A stretch of DNA of 64,000 nucleotides, taken from contig CM030332.1 in NCBI GenBank assembly GCA_017654855.1, positions 6,386,001 to 6,450,000 of the forward strand, given 5' to 3'. A model generated the notes under the pieces. That model made no database searches, was not told the DNA's origin, and saw only the letters and a program-made list of their open reading frames with translations. Each line of letters starts with the position of its first letter. The first letter of the stretch is position 1. Below, in pieces: positions 9,605 to 22,588 of the stretch. A program made the position numbers and the translations under genes. Source of the stretch: Podospora anserina (taxonomy: Eukaryota).

Positions 9605-12600
9605 GTTTATTGCTTGTTGAGGGGAGGTGTGGAAGGAATGGCTATAAGCTGGAAGGAGGGGAAGGAGAGAAGGAGTTGCGGCTGGCAGATGAGGAAGGAA
9701 GGGGCGGATTGGATGCTGGGGAAGGAACTAGGGCGGTGGGAAGGAGGAAGGGTTGGTTGGTGAGGAAGGTAAGGAGGGAATATGTGTGAAGGGAAAGAAC
9801 GTATGATGAGAAGCTTCAGGCTACGCCGGTCTGTTCAGAATCTCGTCTGTAGCTGATGAGCAGATTTGATTGTGTCATTATTTCTCCACTTATAGTTCTG
9901 ATGAATGGCTAGGGAGATACTACGGTGGCAGGCACAGACATGCTTGTCTTTATGAAGTTTTACATGACGTTGAACACACCAGTTCTTACCTAGTAGCCAT
10001 TAATGCAGCTTGCAAACTGATAGCTTCATCAGATAAGCGGCCTCAAATCAACCAACTTCACGTCGAAAAAAGTACCGCTCGACCATAAGCAGGCCCGAAT
10101 AAAGTTTCCGGAGCGCAGTTATCAAACTTGACCGAATGAGAGGGACATGCTTTAAGGTTGTGTAGGTGGTCCCAATGCCTACAGATCTACAAGTTCTACG
10201 AGGCCGGCGGGATTTCAATGCTAACCCCCCACTGAATAGAGCTAAACTATTCTATTTGATGGGTGTGGGTGTGGCGTCTTCCGAACTGTCCTCGTACATA
10301 GGCCGGAAGACAGTCCGGCCGTGTCGACAGGACACAGTACCTCGAACACTTGGCTGAAGGCTGAGACTCACTTGTGTGGATAGTAAAGCTTACAGCATGT
10401 TTATGATGACCAGTTTACCTGATACCAAAGCTGGTTCTTTTGCTTAGCAGTGGCCGGTGGTCACTCTATCAGACCAGCCGAGGTAATACAAACGCCGGTA
10501 TAATATCACCTCAAACAGACGGAAACGGGCCGGCGTTCAAGCAAACGGGCAGGCAGCTGTCGTTGGACGTTATGTATACAAATTAAGTAGTTAAGAACGA
10601 GGCCGGTCGTCCGGGCCGGAAGGAAGACCCGGAACGGGACCTGAAAGGCGGTGATATGCGGCCATCTGGTGTGTGCCGCATTTTGTGCCCCCATCCAACG
10701 TTTGACAGCCGGTGGAGGGAGGATAACAGCGGCCGATTCGTCTCTTTTTAGGCAGTCCAGACGGTCGGGTTGGCTACGCCGTGCCGTGCCGTCCGTCTTT
10801 TGAAGAGGTGCATTGAGCTTTGGATGAGTTATACAAACATGGTCGAGGACCAGAGGTCTGGTGTAACGAGGTGGGCATGACTGGTTAGGAAGGGGATAAA
10901 GATCTGATCTTTGTTTGTTTACAATTTGATCGACCTGGGCAGCGGGCCGGCGCATCAGGATGAATATCCTGCCATGGGTATGACAGATGCAAAGTAGGAT
11001 CGTAAAGGATCTTGGTGTAGCGTATTCGCCGTTCGTGTGGTGTTGCTTTGTTTCATCCAGACCGCTGGGTTCTTGTTCAGAGCTTTGACTTGGCGTTATC
11101 GAGCTGGGCTGAGCTGGAAGGGATCGTGATTTTCCCAACCCAAGAGACGATGACACAAGAAATGCCGAAGTCGCAGCCACGAAGTAGGATCCCCATATCC
11201 GTATGGCTGGAATCGCCGCCTCGGTCTCATCAGACATCGGTGTTACCGGGTCTCGAAGACGCTTGAAGACTCCATACACCATGAACTTGTCCAGCGCACG
11301 ATAACTTTGCGCTTTGAACCAGCTGTTGGTGGCTCGGGCCTTGGGTAATCTCAACATGACTTGGGTGATGGACCACAACTGAATGGTCTCTTTCTCACAG
11401 GCGAAGCTATCTGCACATTCTTGCGGTGGCCAGAGCTTTGGTTCATGTGTGTTCCAGCGTTGGATACGAATGTGATGGCTTCAACTCGAAACAAGACTGA
11501 GGAACCCCTGAGCAGAACACAACAAGGGGTTGTGCTTGGCATAACTCTCCACCGTTGCACCACCTGTCTGAACTTGGAAAGAAACGCCTGGCGATGGTTG
11601 CTCTTGGCAGTGCGTGCTCCAAGCGAGTTGTGGGGTTTACACCCTGTCCCTGTCGCGATGTCTCGGTCGTCCACCAGTTCTCGTCAAAGTGCCCGGACAC
11701 CGAGCTATCAGCGTACCATTTGTCATTAGCAAGAAGTTATTCACAATTACTGCGTATGCGAGAAGAATGTCTGTGATGAGCGTTTTTGAGAGTTGAGTTG
11801 ACACTGAAGGCGGCGTTTCGGGCGGCTCCTAGACGCCTTCAAGGGCTGGGTGGGCGGTTGTCAGAAACGGAGGCTGCCGATCAACCCGATCTGACGGGGC
11901 GATTCGCTGGCGGCAGCGCCTCGTGGACCCAGGAACCGCGAATTTGGCGAGCGTCAACCGGGGATTTTCTTGCTGGATCGCTCCTATTTTGGGACTACAC
12001 TAAAACGGCACCAGTGCTTGATATGAACAGCAAGCTATGTTCGTTTCTCGATGATGCCAGTTGAACCCGTGACAGCTGTGTTGAAATTGCAGACTCCATC
12101 TCGTCGTCAAAGCGGCCGATACTAGGGGAATTGGCCGTCCAGCAGATATTGGAGATCGGCAGCTTGATGAGTCCGTGAATACCGTTGCAATGTGATCCAG
12201 TTTTCCCTATTTCGTTGGAGGTCGTGACTGTGAAAAGCGCACAGGACGCTCCGTGGTCAGCCGTCAGTGTAGCAGTGCATATGATCGTTTGGCCTCTGCG
12301 AAATTGAGTTCACGATGCTTCTGGACATCAGTGACATCGTGGAAAGGGAACAATGTTCCAGTGGAGACGTCGGTCCGAGAAAAGCGGCTCATGTTGATTG
12401 GTCAGATATCCCCGACCCAGACTCTGATGGGCTGGTCAGACCTGAAACATGAAACTGCTGGCGCCAGTCCAGGGACAACTGACAGCGGGTGCGGTGAAAC
12501 GCGGCACTTCGATTCTGCGGACACCCGTTCGATTACGGAGTACTAGGTAGCGATTCTGTGTGTTGAATGCACTCACAGACAGAGAAATAATACCAGCTCA

Positions 12601-14318
12601 GCTGACCTCAATTAACGGGTGTATTTTTGAAGTTATTCTGAGCATTGACAATATCTCTTGGCAGCGGAGATGAGGCGACGACTCGTTTGTGAGCCCCCTT
12701 TTCCATCAATCGATAAACTCGGTCGCTACTCCCGGCGTGGACAGATCGGAGGTCCGGTTGTTGGAATGACGGACAGGGTTGACTCTAGAACAAGCAAGTC
12801 GGGCCGTGATTGAGCATCGTTTTGGGAAACGCTTCATTGTGGGGAATAACGAACCACAGCCGTTTTGGGCGGGGGTGGAGTTTTGATGATCGGTTCCTGG
12901 TAGCCAACGATCCCAGAGCCGAACGCTGGGGAAATCCAGGAACATCGCTGAAGCAGAGAGGGCTGCCAGAAGTCGAACAATGACAGAAGGATCAATTGGA
13001 AGTCAGCAGCTGCAGCCCAAAATGCATCGTGCGGGAATGGCTTCGTACCTGCAGTAGCGTCACCGTTCGAATGTGGCTGAGCAGCCTGAAGCAGACAGCC
13101 ACCTGTTTCAAGCTTTTGGGCAAGTCCCCATTTTGCCTGCACCATCAAGGTGCCATCCGCGCGCTCATCACTGCCTTCTTTTGCCGGAATCACTCTGTGT
13201 ACGGGTGAAGGCACAGGACGTAAAGGGGTGCGTGCTCGTGCTCAACATTCAATATCATCACAGAAAATGGATCCTATCTCGTGTCCGGCAGCATGGCTTT
13301 GCTTACCCAGCAACGAGAATAGGGTTACCGACATGAAGAATACCCGGATTGTAGCACGGTGAGCTGTGACAGAGAGGCAACAGCGAAATGCTCATCGCAT
13401 TCGCCCTTTTTGCCGCAGGCAGGCCTCTTGCCGCTCACGCAGAGCCATTTATAATTGCAGTGCCTGAACTGACCCTTTTACAGGACAGAAGTGAGAGAGT
13501 AAGACATTCCCTTTCCGTTCAGACGTCGAGATGTGTAACCGATTGGGCCACATCGATGGGCAGCTTTCAAAGCCTTCAGCCAACCCCTTGACCAGATCTC
13601 TAGCGCACCCCTGTCGCTTACCAGTACCCCCTGCCTGCCGCCCCTGGAGCCGCGCGCCACCAAGAGACAGCAGCGCAACATCGGCCGGGCATTTTCAATG
13701 TGGAGACGACTGTTTTCGTGAACTTTGGCCCTGACCTCACCCCTCGCCAAACGTCACATCGCCAGAGGAGCAAAGGGTCCTAGCGCCCACGAAGCCCTCA
13801 CTGGCTGCCATGTTGGGCCGTTCTGCCCGTTCCCAACGACACAGGGTGTGAACGCAGTTGCTAGGGGATGCTGGTCTGGCTGGCCCACGGCCTTGTCTGG
13901 GCCAGACTCTCCACCATGAAGTGACATGAGTTCTCCTTTGCATGGGGGGTCATGGACCCGATGTTATGCCCTCATGTTGGTATAAACAGAGTCCTGCCCT
14001 CGCCTCCGTTCCCGCTCTTCTCTTTCTCGGTCAGTAGTGTTCAAACGTTTTGTGGTGTGGCATTTCCTTTACCTTACCTCTAACCAACAACCGACGGCAA
14101 AGTCATTCGCTTCTTTGCCTCAAGCTTCTTTTCTTTTCCAACCATCATTGGATTTCCTTGTCGACACAATCGTTCAGACGGCATCATCATTTTAAGCCAG
14201 CATTGTATCTGAAGGCGCAAGGTTCGCCCGATATTCTACCGGCATTCATTCAGCCCACCGCCATAAACTATACCCAGTCTATCGTTCTACTGTCTATATT
14301 GACACGCAGCTCGTCACC

Positions 14319-16477
14319 ATGAAGAGCTATATCCCCCTTATCGCCCTCGCGGCCGGCGTAGAGGCCACTGTAAGTTGAAAGATCGTCATCTCTTCCACAC
14401 CTGGCTCAGTCGCTTACACCTCCAACAGTTCAAGAAGGCTCCTGCTTTCACCTGCCCCGAGAACATCGACAACAAGTGTACCCCCAAGCAGCAATCCGGC
14501 TTCGACTGGGCTGATCTCATTCCTGGTCCGTTCGCCAACTACGGAGACTTCACCTTCAAGGGCTTCGAGTGCGGCAGTGACGGAAATAAGGGTCGTTTCG
14601 ACTCTCGCCCCGGCAGCGGCAAGTTCATTGGTGGTACTTGCCACCCTGAGAAGAACAAGTCTCCATCTTTCGGCTGCGGTCCCGTTGTCGACAAGTTCTC
14701 CCTCGGCACCATTGTTGTCCAGCCCGAGTTCGACTGCGATCTCGAGTTCCACTATGACATGCCCAACGGCTCTGTCTGCAAGACTCGCCACGCTTGCAAG
14801 AAGTCCGGTACCACCATCAAGAACAAGCAGTGCGGTGGTGCCAAGAATGTCACCATCATCTTCCCTCCTCAGAACAAGCCCAAGAAGAGCTGCGCCATCA
14901 AGGTCCCCACTGTCTCTTTCGACTGCAACACTGCCTCCAGCACCAAGCCTGTGACTACCAAGCCCGCGACTACCAAGCCTGCCACCACCACTGCCGTTGT
15001 CACCACTCCTGCCGATGTGACCAGCACCGCCCCTGTTGAGACCTCGCCCGCTGAGACCGAGACTTCTACTGCTATTGTTCCCGGCGAGACTTCCACTGCT
15101 GTCCTTCCCGAGACCACTGCCCCTGCTGAGGAGACTTCCACTGTCCCTGCCGAGGAGTCTACGGCTACCGTCCCCGCCGAGGAGACCTCCACTGTCCCTG
15201 CTGAGGAGTCCACCGTCACCGTTCCCGCTGAGGAGACTGCTACGGTCCCTGCTGAGGAGACCACCACTGCTCCTGCTGAGGAGACCGCTACTGTTCCCGC
15301 TGAGGAGACCACCACTGCCCCCGCCGAGGAGACGGCCACCGAGCCTGCTGGTGAGACTACTACTGAGGTTGCCGGCGAGACCACCAGCACTGAGCCTGCC
15401 GCCATCACCACTCCCATCACGACCGTGATCACCACCGAGTTCGAGACCATCTCCACCATCTTCACCACTCAGACCGAGACCATCACCCAGTGCGAGCCTA
15501 CCGTCCCTGACTGCCCGGCCAACTCCATCAAGACCACAATCGTGACTGTTCCCGTCTCCACCACCATCTGCCCCGTCACCGAGACTCTCACCACTGTCAT
15601 CGAGACCCCTATTGTTGAGGAGACCTCTGCCCCCGCCCCTGTCGAGACTTCTCCTGCCGCTGGCGAGACTTCTCCTGCCGCTGGCGAGACCACCCCTGCC
15701 GCTGGCGAGACCACTGTCCCTGCTCCTGGTGTTACCGAGACCCCCGCCACCACCGTCATTGACATCCCCACCACTGGCATTGTCACCTCTGTCAAGCCCG
15801 TCGAGACTCTCCCTTGCCCTGAGGTTGTCCCCTCGTGCTTGAACACCTTCCTCTTCCTGGTCGGCTGCTCTGACAACACTGATGCGGGGTGCTACTGCCC
15901 CGATGCTCTCTTCGTCAAGAACGTCTACGACTGCTTGTACGCCCACGGTGGTTCCGATCAGATCATCTCCGAGGCCGTCATCTTCTTCCAGGGTCTCTGC
16001 GCTCCTTGGGCTGGTGGTAACCCCGCCGTAGTCACGGCTCCTACTGTCACCACCTACCTCACCATCACCGCCACTCCCACTGTTGCTCCCATCTACACCA
16101 CCATCACCATCGACACCACCACTGTTGTTCCCTGCACTGATGATGCCGGTGTTGAGATCCCCGGTAGCAGCACCACCGTTGTCATTGCCACCACCGTCCC
16201 CGTTCCCGAGATCGGCTTCACCACTGGCACTGCCGGCGTTGTTGATGTTGTTCCCATCACCGCTGCCCCCATCGTCGACGGCGGTCTCCCCGGTGTTCCT
16301 GGCAACAACGGTGGCGGTGCCATCATCACTGCCAACGGCACCACCATCTCGGTCCCCACCGGCACTGAAGGCCTCGTCCGCCCCACCCAGAGCGTCGTCC
16401 TCGCCGGTGGTGAGCGTGTTGCCGCCAGCTTCGGCCTTGCTGCCGTCGTCGCGGCCTTCGCTGCCTTTGCCCTCTAA
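14319..16477 (+). CDS. Mad1-like GPI-anchored cell-wall adhesin with Thr/Glu repeats and a CFEM domain; exons 14319-14369, 14429-16477
   Basis: Signal peptide MKSYIPLIALAAGVEA; intron GTAAGT..CAG; Cys-rich N-domain; PAEETxTV repeats; CFEM-like CPEVVPSCLNTF..GCSDNTDAGCYC..DCLYAHG; hydrophobic GPI-type tail; TATAAA at 13981. Confidence 0.9.
15122..15400 (+). repeat. Coding tandem repeat of 24-27 bp units (PAEET[S/A/T]T[V/A]) in the adhesin
   Basis: About 9 CC(T/C)GC(T/C)GAGGAG-initiated units plus degenerate AGET units. A second 21-bp repeat (PAAGETS) lies near 15650-15715. Confidence 0.9.
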
Positions 16478-18054
16478 ATCTTTTGATTTGAGCGGCTACA
16501 AAACGTGTACACTACAAACCCCATTTCCTTATTTTTATCAAAAGTGTCTTTTTCGGCGCCCTGGTGGGTTCAGCCTTGATATCCAATTCTTACGATCCTT
16601 CACGAACACATAGCATTACTGCATTGCATTATTTGGCGGCTATTTTTGGGGGCGGGATTTTTCTATTTTTTTTTTTCGCTTTATCGCAAATACCCCCCAT
16701 AATCTCGTCACCCCCTTGAGTTTTCTTTTTGAAAGTTTACATGATCGGTCGGAACAATTGATGGGCTAAAGAAGGATATGCTCCTTGGGCAAAGAGAGGG
16801 TGATGAGAAGATTCATGGGAAGGGTTCACTTATTATACATGGGACAGCTGGGAAGATATACATGGCGAAACGTATACTGTACATAATAGTTAATACCCCC
16901 AAATGGAAAGACCACAATGTTCCGATCAAATACTGTTCAAACTTTGTGATTTTTGGTGAACACGTGATGCATTATACAATTTTCGGTCAGATCGAACATA
17001 CCAAACCACTTCCAATTCCGTGAATGTTGATACTGACGTATTATTCACCGTGAAGAGTATCGCAATATCCTAACTTCTTGATACCTAGGTAAATAATTGC
17101 CATGAAAGCTAGCACCTATTCGTTCATTCCTCATATCAACCTCAACCCTTTCCCAGAAAACCCACACAAAACCTCCAGGTCTGTTCAAACAGTTTGTTTA
17201 GTCTTGGACGGCCCATGTCCCACCTGCGGATGTCTCTAATCACCGGTGAGACTTGCCCGTCAATCGTCGAGATATGTCCTCCTATTATCGGGGCAGGTCC
17301 GCCGACCATTCACAGAGAATTACACCCCTTCCATCCAGCAATCACCCCCCTTGTGCACACCGTACCTATCAAGCAACTGCAGGGCACCCAAACACTCTAC
17401 CCAATGGCATATTTCCTCAAACTGAGAATCAGTCGCACCCTCTCCCTCTAAGAGCTCTAGCCACCTCATGAACCGGGGCCCGTCACGGAAATTGCAGCTC
17501 TCTCTATCGGGATGAGGGGCTTCCACACGGAGCGAGCGAGCGCGAATCCACCTCCCAATCCAGTCCACAACCAACAGTACCTTAGGTACCTCACCCAAAC
17601 GTTTGACTATATGATCCAACTCGGGCTTGCTTTGGTGTTGGTTGATTGTTGGGGGAGGGGGCCAATGGTGGTCATTGGGTGAGGGTTATTGATGTTTACT
17701 GGGGGAGTGGCGTTGAAACAAGTCATTGACAGAAGAAGATTTTTGGGACGGGTTTACTTGTGTCGTATGGATGTTTCGGGATATAGTTCGTTGGCTTTAC
17801 CATACTAAATCGTTCGATTCTTCTTATTGAGAAAAGAGCTGTCGGACCAAGTGGTTATAAGCTCTCGAATACTCCGTGGACTGTATCACTTTGCCAGATA
17901 TCGTTACGCTGGAAAGACTTCAGATGGTCGTGGTGGAATGATGTTCACGGTTTAACTGATGCAACATGTCTCATGCTTAATATGCCTGGAATCGGCGCCT
18001 CATTATCATTATTTCATGCCTTTCAATGCTATCAAATGAGTACACCAGCCCCAT

Positions 18055-21000
18055 CTACCCCCTCCCAACTCCATACTCCCCAATACCCACCCTCACACCC
18101 CCCGTCTGAGCCTCCGTCACCTCCCCAAAAGTAACATATCTCCCCCTCTCCCCCTCCGATCCCTCCGTCTTCTCCCCTCCTTGTCCCCTTCCCTTCCACC
18201 ATCCCCGAACCCCACCCCCGTTCTCAACCTCCTGCCTCCTGCTATAAACCTCCCCCAACTCCGCCCTCACATTCGAATCGCAAAGATAATACACCCACCC
18301 AACCAACCCCATCCCGTCACCCCCCGGATTCACCGGCATATACGGGTACCTCACCGCAACTAAATTCCACCCAAGCACCAAAATCATCAACACCAACGTC
18401 CCCACCACCGACCAAGCACACGCCTGGTGAGTCTCCCACGTAAGCCAAGGAACAAACGGTATGTTGGACAACAACGGCGGGGTCAGCTTCGACAACACCG
18501 TCACAGCCGCCACGGTAGGGACGATAAATGATCTATCCTGGAGGCTGTAAAAGACGCTAGAGGGGGTGAGGGCCTCAAAGACGTGCAGGGGGGGAGGGGT
18601 GGTGAAGAAGCGGTTGGATCGTCTGGTGCCGTCTGTCTGGAGGAGGCGGGGGTGACGGGAGAGGAGGCGGTAGGGTTCTCGGGTTGCTATGTCTGTTGGG
18701 AAGTGGTTAGCTATCTGGTTTTAAAGAATAGGAGTAGGTGAGGTACTTACTGAAGAAGTAAGAATCCCAAAACAGCGAGATGATGAAACCCAAACCGGCA
18801 AATAAGGCGCGCACACCGAGGTTCTGTGAGTTCATAAAGATCTCAAAGGCCGAGTCGTGAAAGCTTGTGAGCTCGTAGTACAAGATCATGATGAGAAAGC
18901 CGATGATGGTGAGGAGAAAGAGCACCTGGGCAATGTAGTCTTGTGCTACTGGGTTGAGAGAAAACAGCTTCTTATCGCTTGTCTTCTTGCTCGCGCCGGG
19001 CTGTTTCTGCCCTTCGTTTGGCAGTGTAACAAGGGCCAGGTGTGGCCTGTTTGTGTTCGACCGATTCGACAAGTGCCTCACTGTGCAATACGGACCATAC
19101 TTTTTCTGTGACGACGACTGTGACGAGGACAGTCCCAGGGATGTCTCGCTGGATGTGGACGTTGCTGTTGGGGAGTGCCTCGGGTTGGGCGGCAGTAGTG
19201 GTGCCTGCGCAACTTGACGCAGGGCAAATCTATGGTCCCTCAGTTCCTTGATCATCTTCTCTCTTTCGACGTACTTGTCCGTGATGTTGACTTTGGCCTT
19301 GTGGATGGTTTCTCGTGTTGTCTGCTCCGTAAGGAGCGCAGCAACACCAGCAATACTCCTCATATCCGATCCGCAGTTTCTGTGCCAGTTCCACATTGCG
19401 AATATCAAAAAGACAACCACAGCTAGACTTAAACTCAAAAAGACCTGTACAAGCCGACCCGGCGCCCGGAAGATAGCAATCTCCATAAAACAGCCAGCAA
19501 AGCTGTCGATTGTACAACCTCCATGGAGCTTAAAGCCAATAGCTTCTGTTGCGAACGAGGCGGTAACAGAGGAGACAAGAATCAACATCTGCGAGAGCAG
19601 CAAACCTGGCTCTCTTGAATGAAACAAGAGACGCCAACTGGTGAAGAAACCCTTGATGCCACCTGTTGTAAGAAACAATGAGTCCTCGGCCGATGACCCA
19701 TCGGAGCGGCGTGACATGGCTTTCAAAGGTAGTAGCGCCTTGACGTGCGAATCGATGATTTGCGCCAGGATAGTGAGCGGTAACGTGATGATGATGGGCA
19801 GGAACGATGCCAAAAGATAAGCACCCCATGAAACCGTGTCCAAGGTGGCGGGATTCCCGTCGCTGTCATCGTCCCAGGCGCGAAAGATACCGGCGTCATC
19901 TTTGGACCACACTGTGGCCACAGGTCGACCGTTGGAATCTGTAATCGTGACCCCCCAGTCGTATGTTGTGGGCACCTGCGTGGTTACCGTTGCCGTGGGA
20001 ACCCCGTTAGAATCACGCATAGTGATGGTCTTGGGAACAAGAGGAAATTTGCCCGTCACAGTCGTTAACACTCCTTTATCGTCATACCCAGTGACAGTGG
20101 CAAACTTCAGAGTCGCAAAAGCAGTGATCGTTGCGATCGGTGTAGTCCCATGCCCACCTGTCATTGTTCTTGTCTGCCATACCCATCGCCCGCCGTTCAC
20201 AATGACTGTGGCCGTAGGTTTCCCCTTGTCATCGAAGAGGGTTCTTGGTTGGTTCGCTAAGCTCCTCCCATGTCCGGTGATTGTGGCGGTCGGCCTGCCA
20301 TTACTGTCTGTCAAGGTCATGACGGTTGTTGTGTATACCGCCGTTTCAGCAGGCACCCAAACAGGCGTAGTCACCGTGGTGGTGGGCTTTCCGTCAATAT
20401 CACTCAGAGTGTAGGTCGAAGGAACATATGACCCCTGGCCCGGTCCTGTCACCACGACATCTTCGTATATGAGCTCAGTGGTTGTGACTGATGGAAGAGG
20501 GTTAAACAGAGTAGCAGTAACCGGTCTGGTTTCCACAATATCTGGGGCGACCTTTGCACACGGCCGAGCACCGTCGAATGGAAATTCGTTGTACTCTACC
20601 ATGATCGATGGATTGAGAGCGCGCATGTCGCGTTGGGCTGTTGCAACCTTTGACCACTCAGACCAACACGAGGGCTCCAGAAAGACGAAGGCAGGGCCGT
20701 CGCAAATGATCGTACAGTCCGATTCAGTTGCTTTATCCAATGGAAAGAAGTTGATAGTGCTGATAAACTTTACTGGGGTGCGGACGTATGGTATGTCCCC
20801 AGGCCGAGAACTTTTCCAATATGCCACATGCCAGAAGGATAGCCTGATTCGGTATCCCGCTATTTGCCCATACTTGTCCTTGGGCGGCACTCGACGCTGT
20901 ATTCCATAGGGGCTGGTTCTGTTTGGGCTCAAAGTTCCGTTGGTCGGAACGTGTATGACAGGATATCCGATACGCTCACCGAATTCCATGGCCTCTGTTG

Positions 21001-21570
21001 GCAGGGCATCCCATCCTGACGTTGCCGTTGACGTTGACGTTGAAGTCGACGTTGAAGTCGACGTTGAGATCAAGATCGGCTCCGGGGTGAACACTGAGCT
21101 GCTGGTGTTTTGCGGAAAGGATGTGAAGACCGGAGGAGCCGTGCTTGTTGCAGATGGCGTTCCAGTGGACGAGAATCCAGTGGTCGTGGACAACTGGGAC
21201 GAGTCTTCCTCTGCTCTAGCCTTATAGAGGCGTGGTGCCAGGAAGGGGCCATAGGCTCCGGTACCGTCTTCGTACCCGTACTCATTAAGGACGGGCAATC
21301 GGTTTTCCGCGATTGTGATTGTTCGAAAACCATATTCGAGTGCCACAATGAGGCCAATGATGCTAGCACAATGAGTCTTGTTAGCGAACCTTGATCATGA
21401 AAGTGGAGAAGAGGCACCTACTAGAGACCGATTGAAATCAAGAAAGGAGTTCTAAGGACCAAAGGCTTCGTGTTGTGAAGATCCTCGTCTGGTTGTTGAG
21501 ACTGAGTATCACTCGATGGCGGCGACCTAGTCCGTAGGACCTTGAAAGGCGCCTTCAAAATTCTGGACAT
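18055..21570 (-). CDS. Large multi-pass membrane protein, DUF3433-like, with Thr-rich TLxDSNGxPTAT repeats; exons 21422-21570, 18751-21362, 18055-18692
   Basis: Introns 21363-21421 (GTAGGT..CTAAC..TAG) and 18693-18750 (GTAAGT..CTAAC..CAG) join the 879-aa and 152-aa ORFs and add an N-terminal TM (KPLVLRTPFLISIGLYIIGLIVALEY). Two C-terminal TM clusters. The family name is from recall. Confidence 0.82.
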
Positions 21571-22588
21571 GGTCGGCTTACAACAAGCACGCCGACTTCC
21601 ACGAGATCCAAGACGGTGAGAGAGTCGTGGTCAGGCGTGAAACTCGGGGTCAGGCGGGGGAGAAGCCCACTCGCTTGTATACTCATGAAGAAGGGAAAGC
21701 CATCACGTCGATCTGAGTCGTCTGCGGGCCATCTCTAATGCCGTTGCTCAAGACCCTTGCTTATCTGTTCATCAATGCAACGACACCATCGCGTCTCAGC
21801 GACCAGAATGAGACCCAAGAGCCGCGAGGTACCGGCATAACCTCTATGCATCCGGCCGGTTAGGGCTACAGTTTTCGGGTCAGTACTAGCCAAGCGTGTG
21901 CCGATATTTCTGTTGCTTACCATCTGAGAGGCACAGCCTCGAGATATACACCCATGTATCGTTGCCGTAGTGGCTCGCTTGGGTTGAGTAACCGCTCGGG
22001 TAAAAAAAGCTAGTCCAACAGACAAGGTCTAGGTCGGCGTGCAACTGTGACTCCAGGCAGCCTTGCAGATTTGGGAAATGATTCTCGGCGCCGACGACTC
22101 ATCGTCCACCTATGGAATGCTACGCTTGCCGGACGACTAGACGTAGTAAGCTTAGCATAAGGCGCAGCACCAACAAAGGTACCTACTTTTAGAGGCAATT
22201 CAGACAAAGGTACCGGCATTTGAGGCCGTTGAGAAGAATCAAGAGGTGATAACGTGATGGAGTCTTTGCGCAAGCCTTTGGGGGCCACGGGGGCTAACCT
22301 CCACTTCCGTCCTCCCCGCCCCTTGTTTAGCCCCCACACACTCGCGTCCTCGAACGGCCGACCTGAGCACCTTCCTGTTGGAACATTGGGACAAACTTTG
22401 TTCATCCATCAAGATCGTGGGAGCAATAAAGTTGCTGTCACGTTACCAGGTACCCGAAATGTAACAACTAGATCATGAAATCAATCGATATCCTAAACCG
22501 TCCAGAACAGTGTCATATGCATCACACACATCATCTCAATTTGAGCCTCCCAACCCAGCCATGCAACGCCGAAACATCATTCAACTTC

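Noticed and set aside
10506-11700. 290-aa minus-strand ORF and neighbours upstream of the adhesin
   Set aside because: No domain, codon bias or clear splice structure. A decayed gene cannot be excluded but is unsupported.
14414-15946. 510-aa antisense ORF (and other overlapping ORFs) over the adhesin
   Set aside because: Shadow frames produced by strong codon bias and repeats of the real plus-strand gene.
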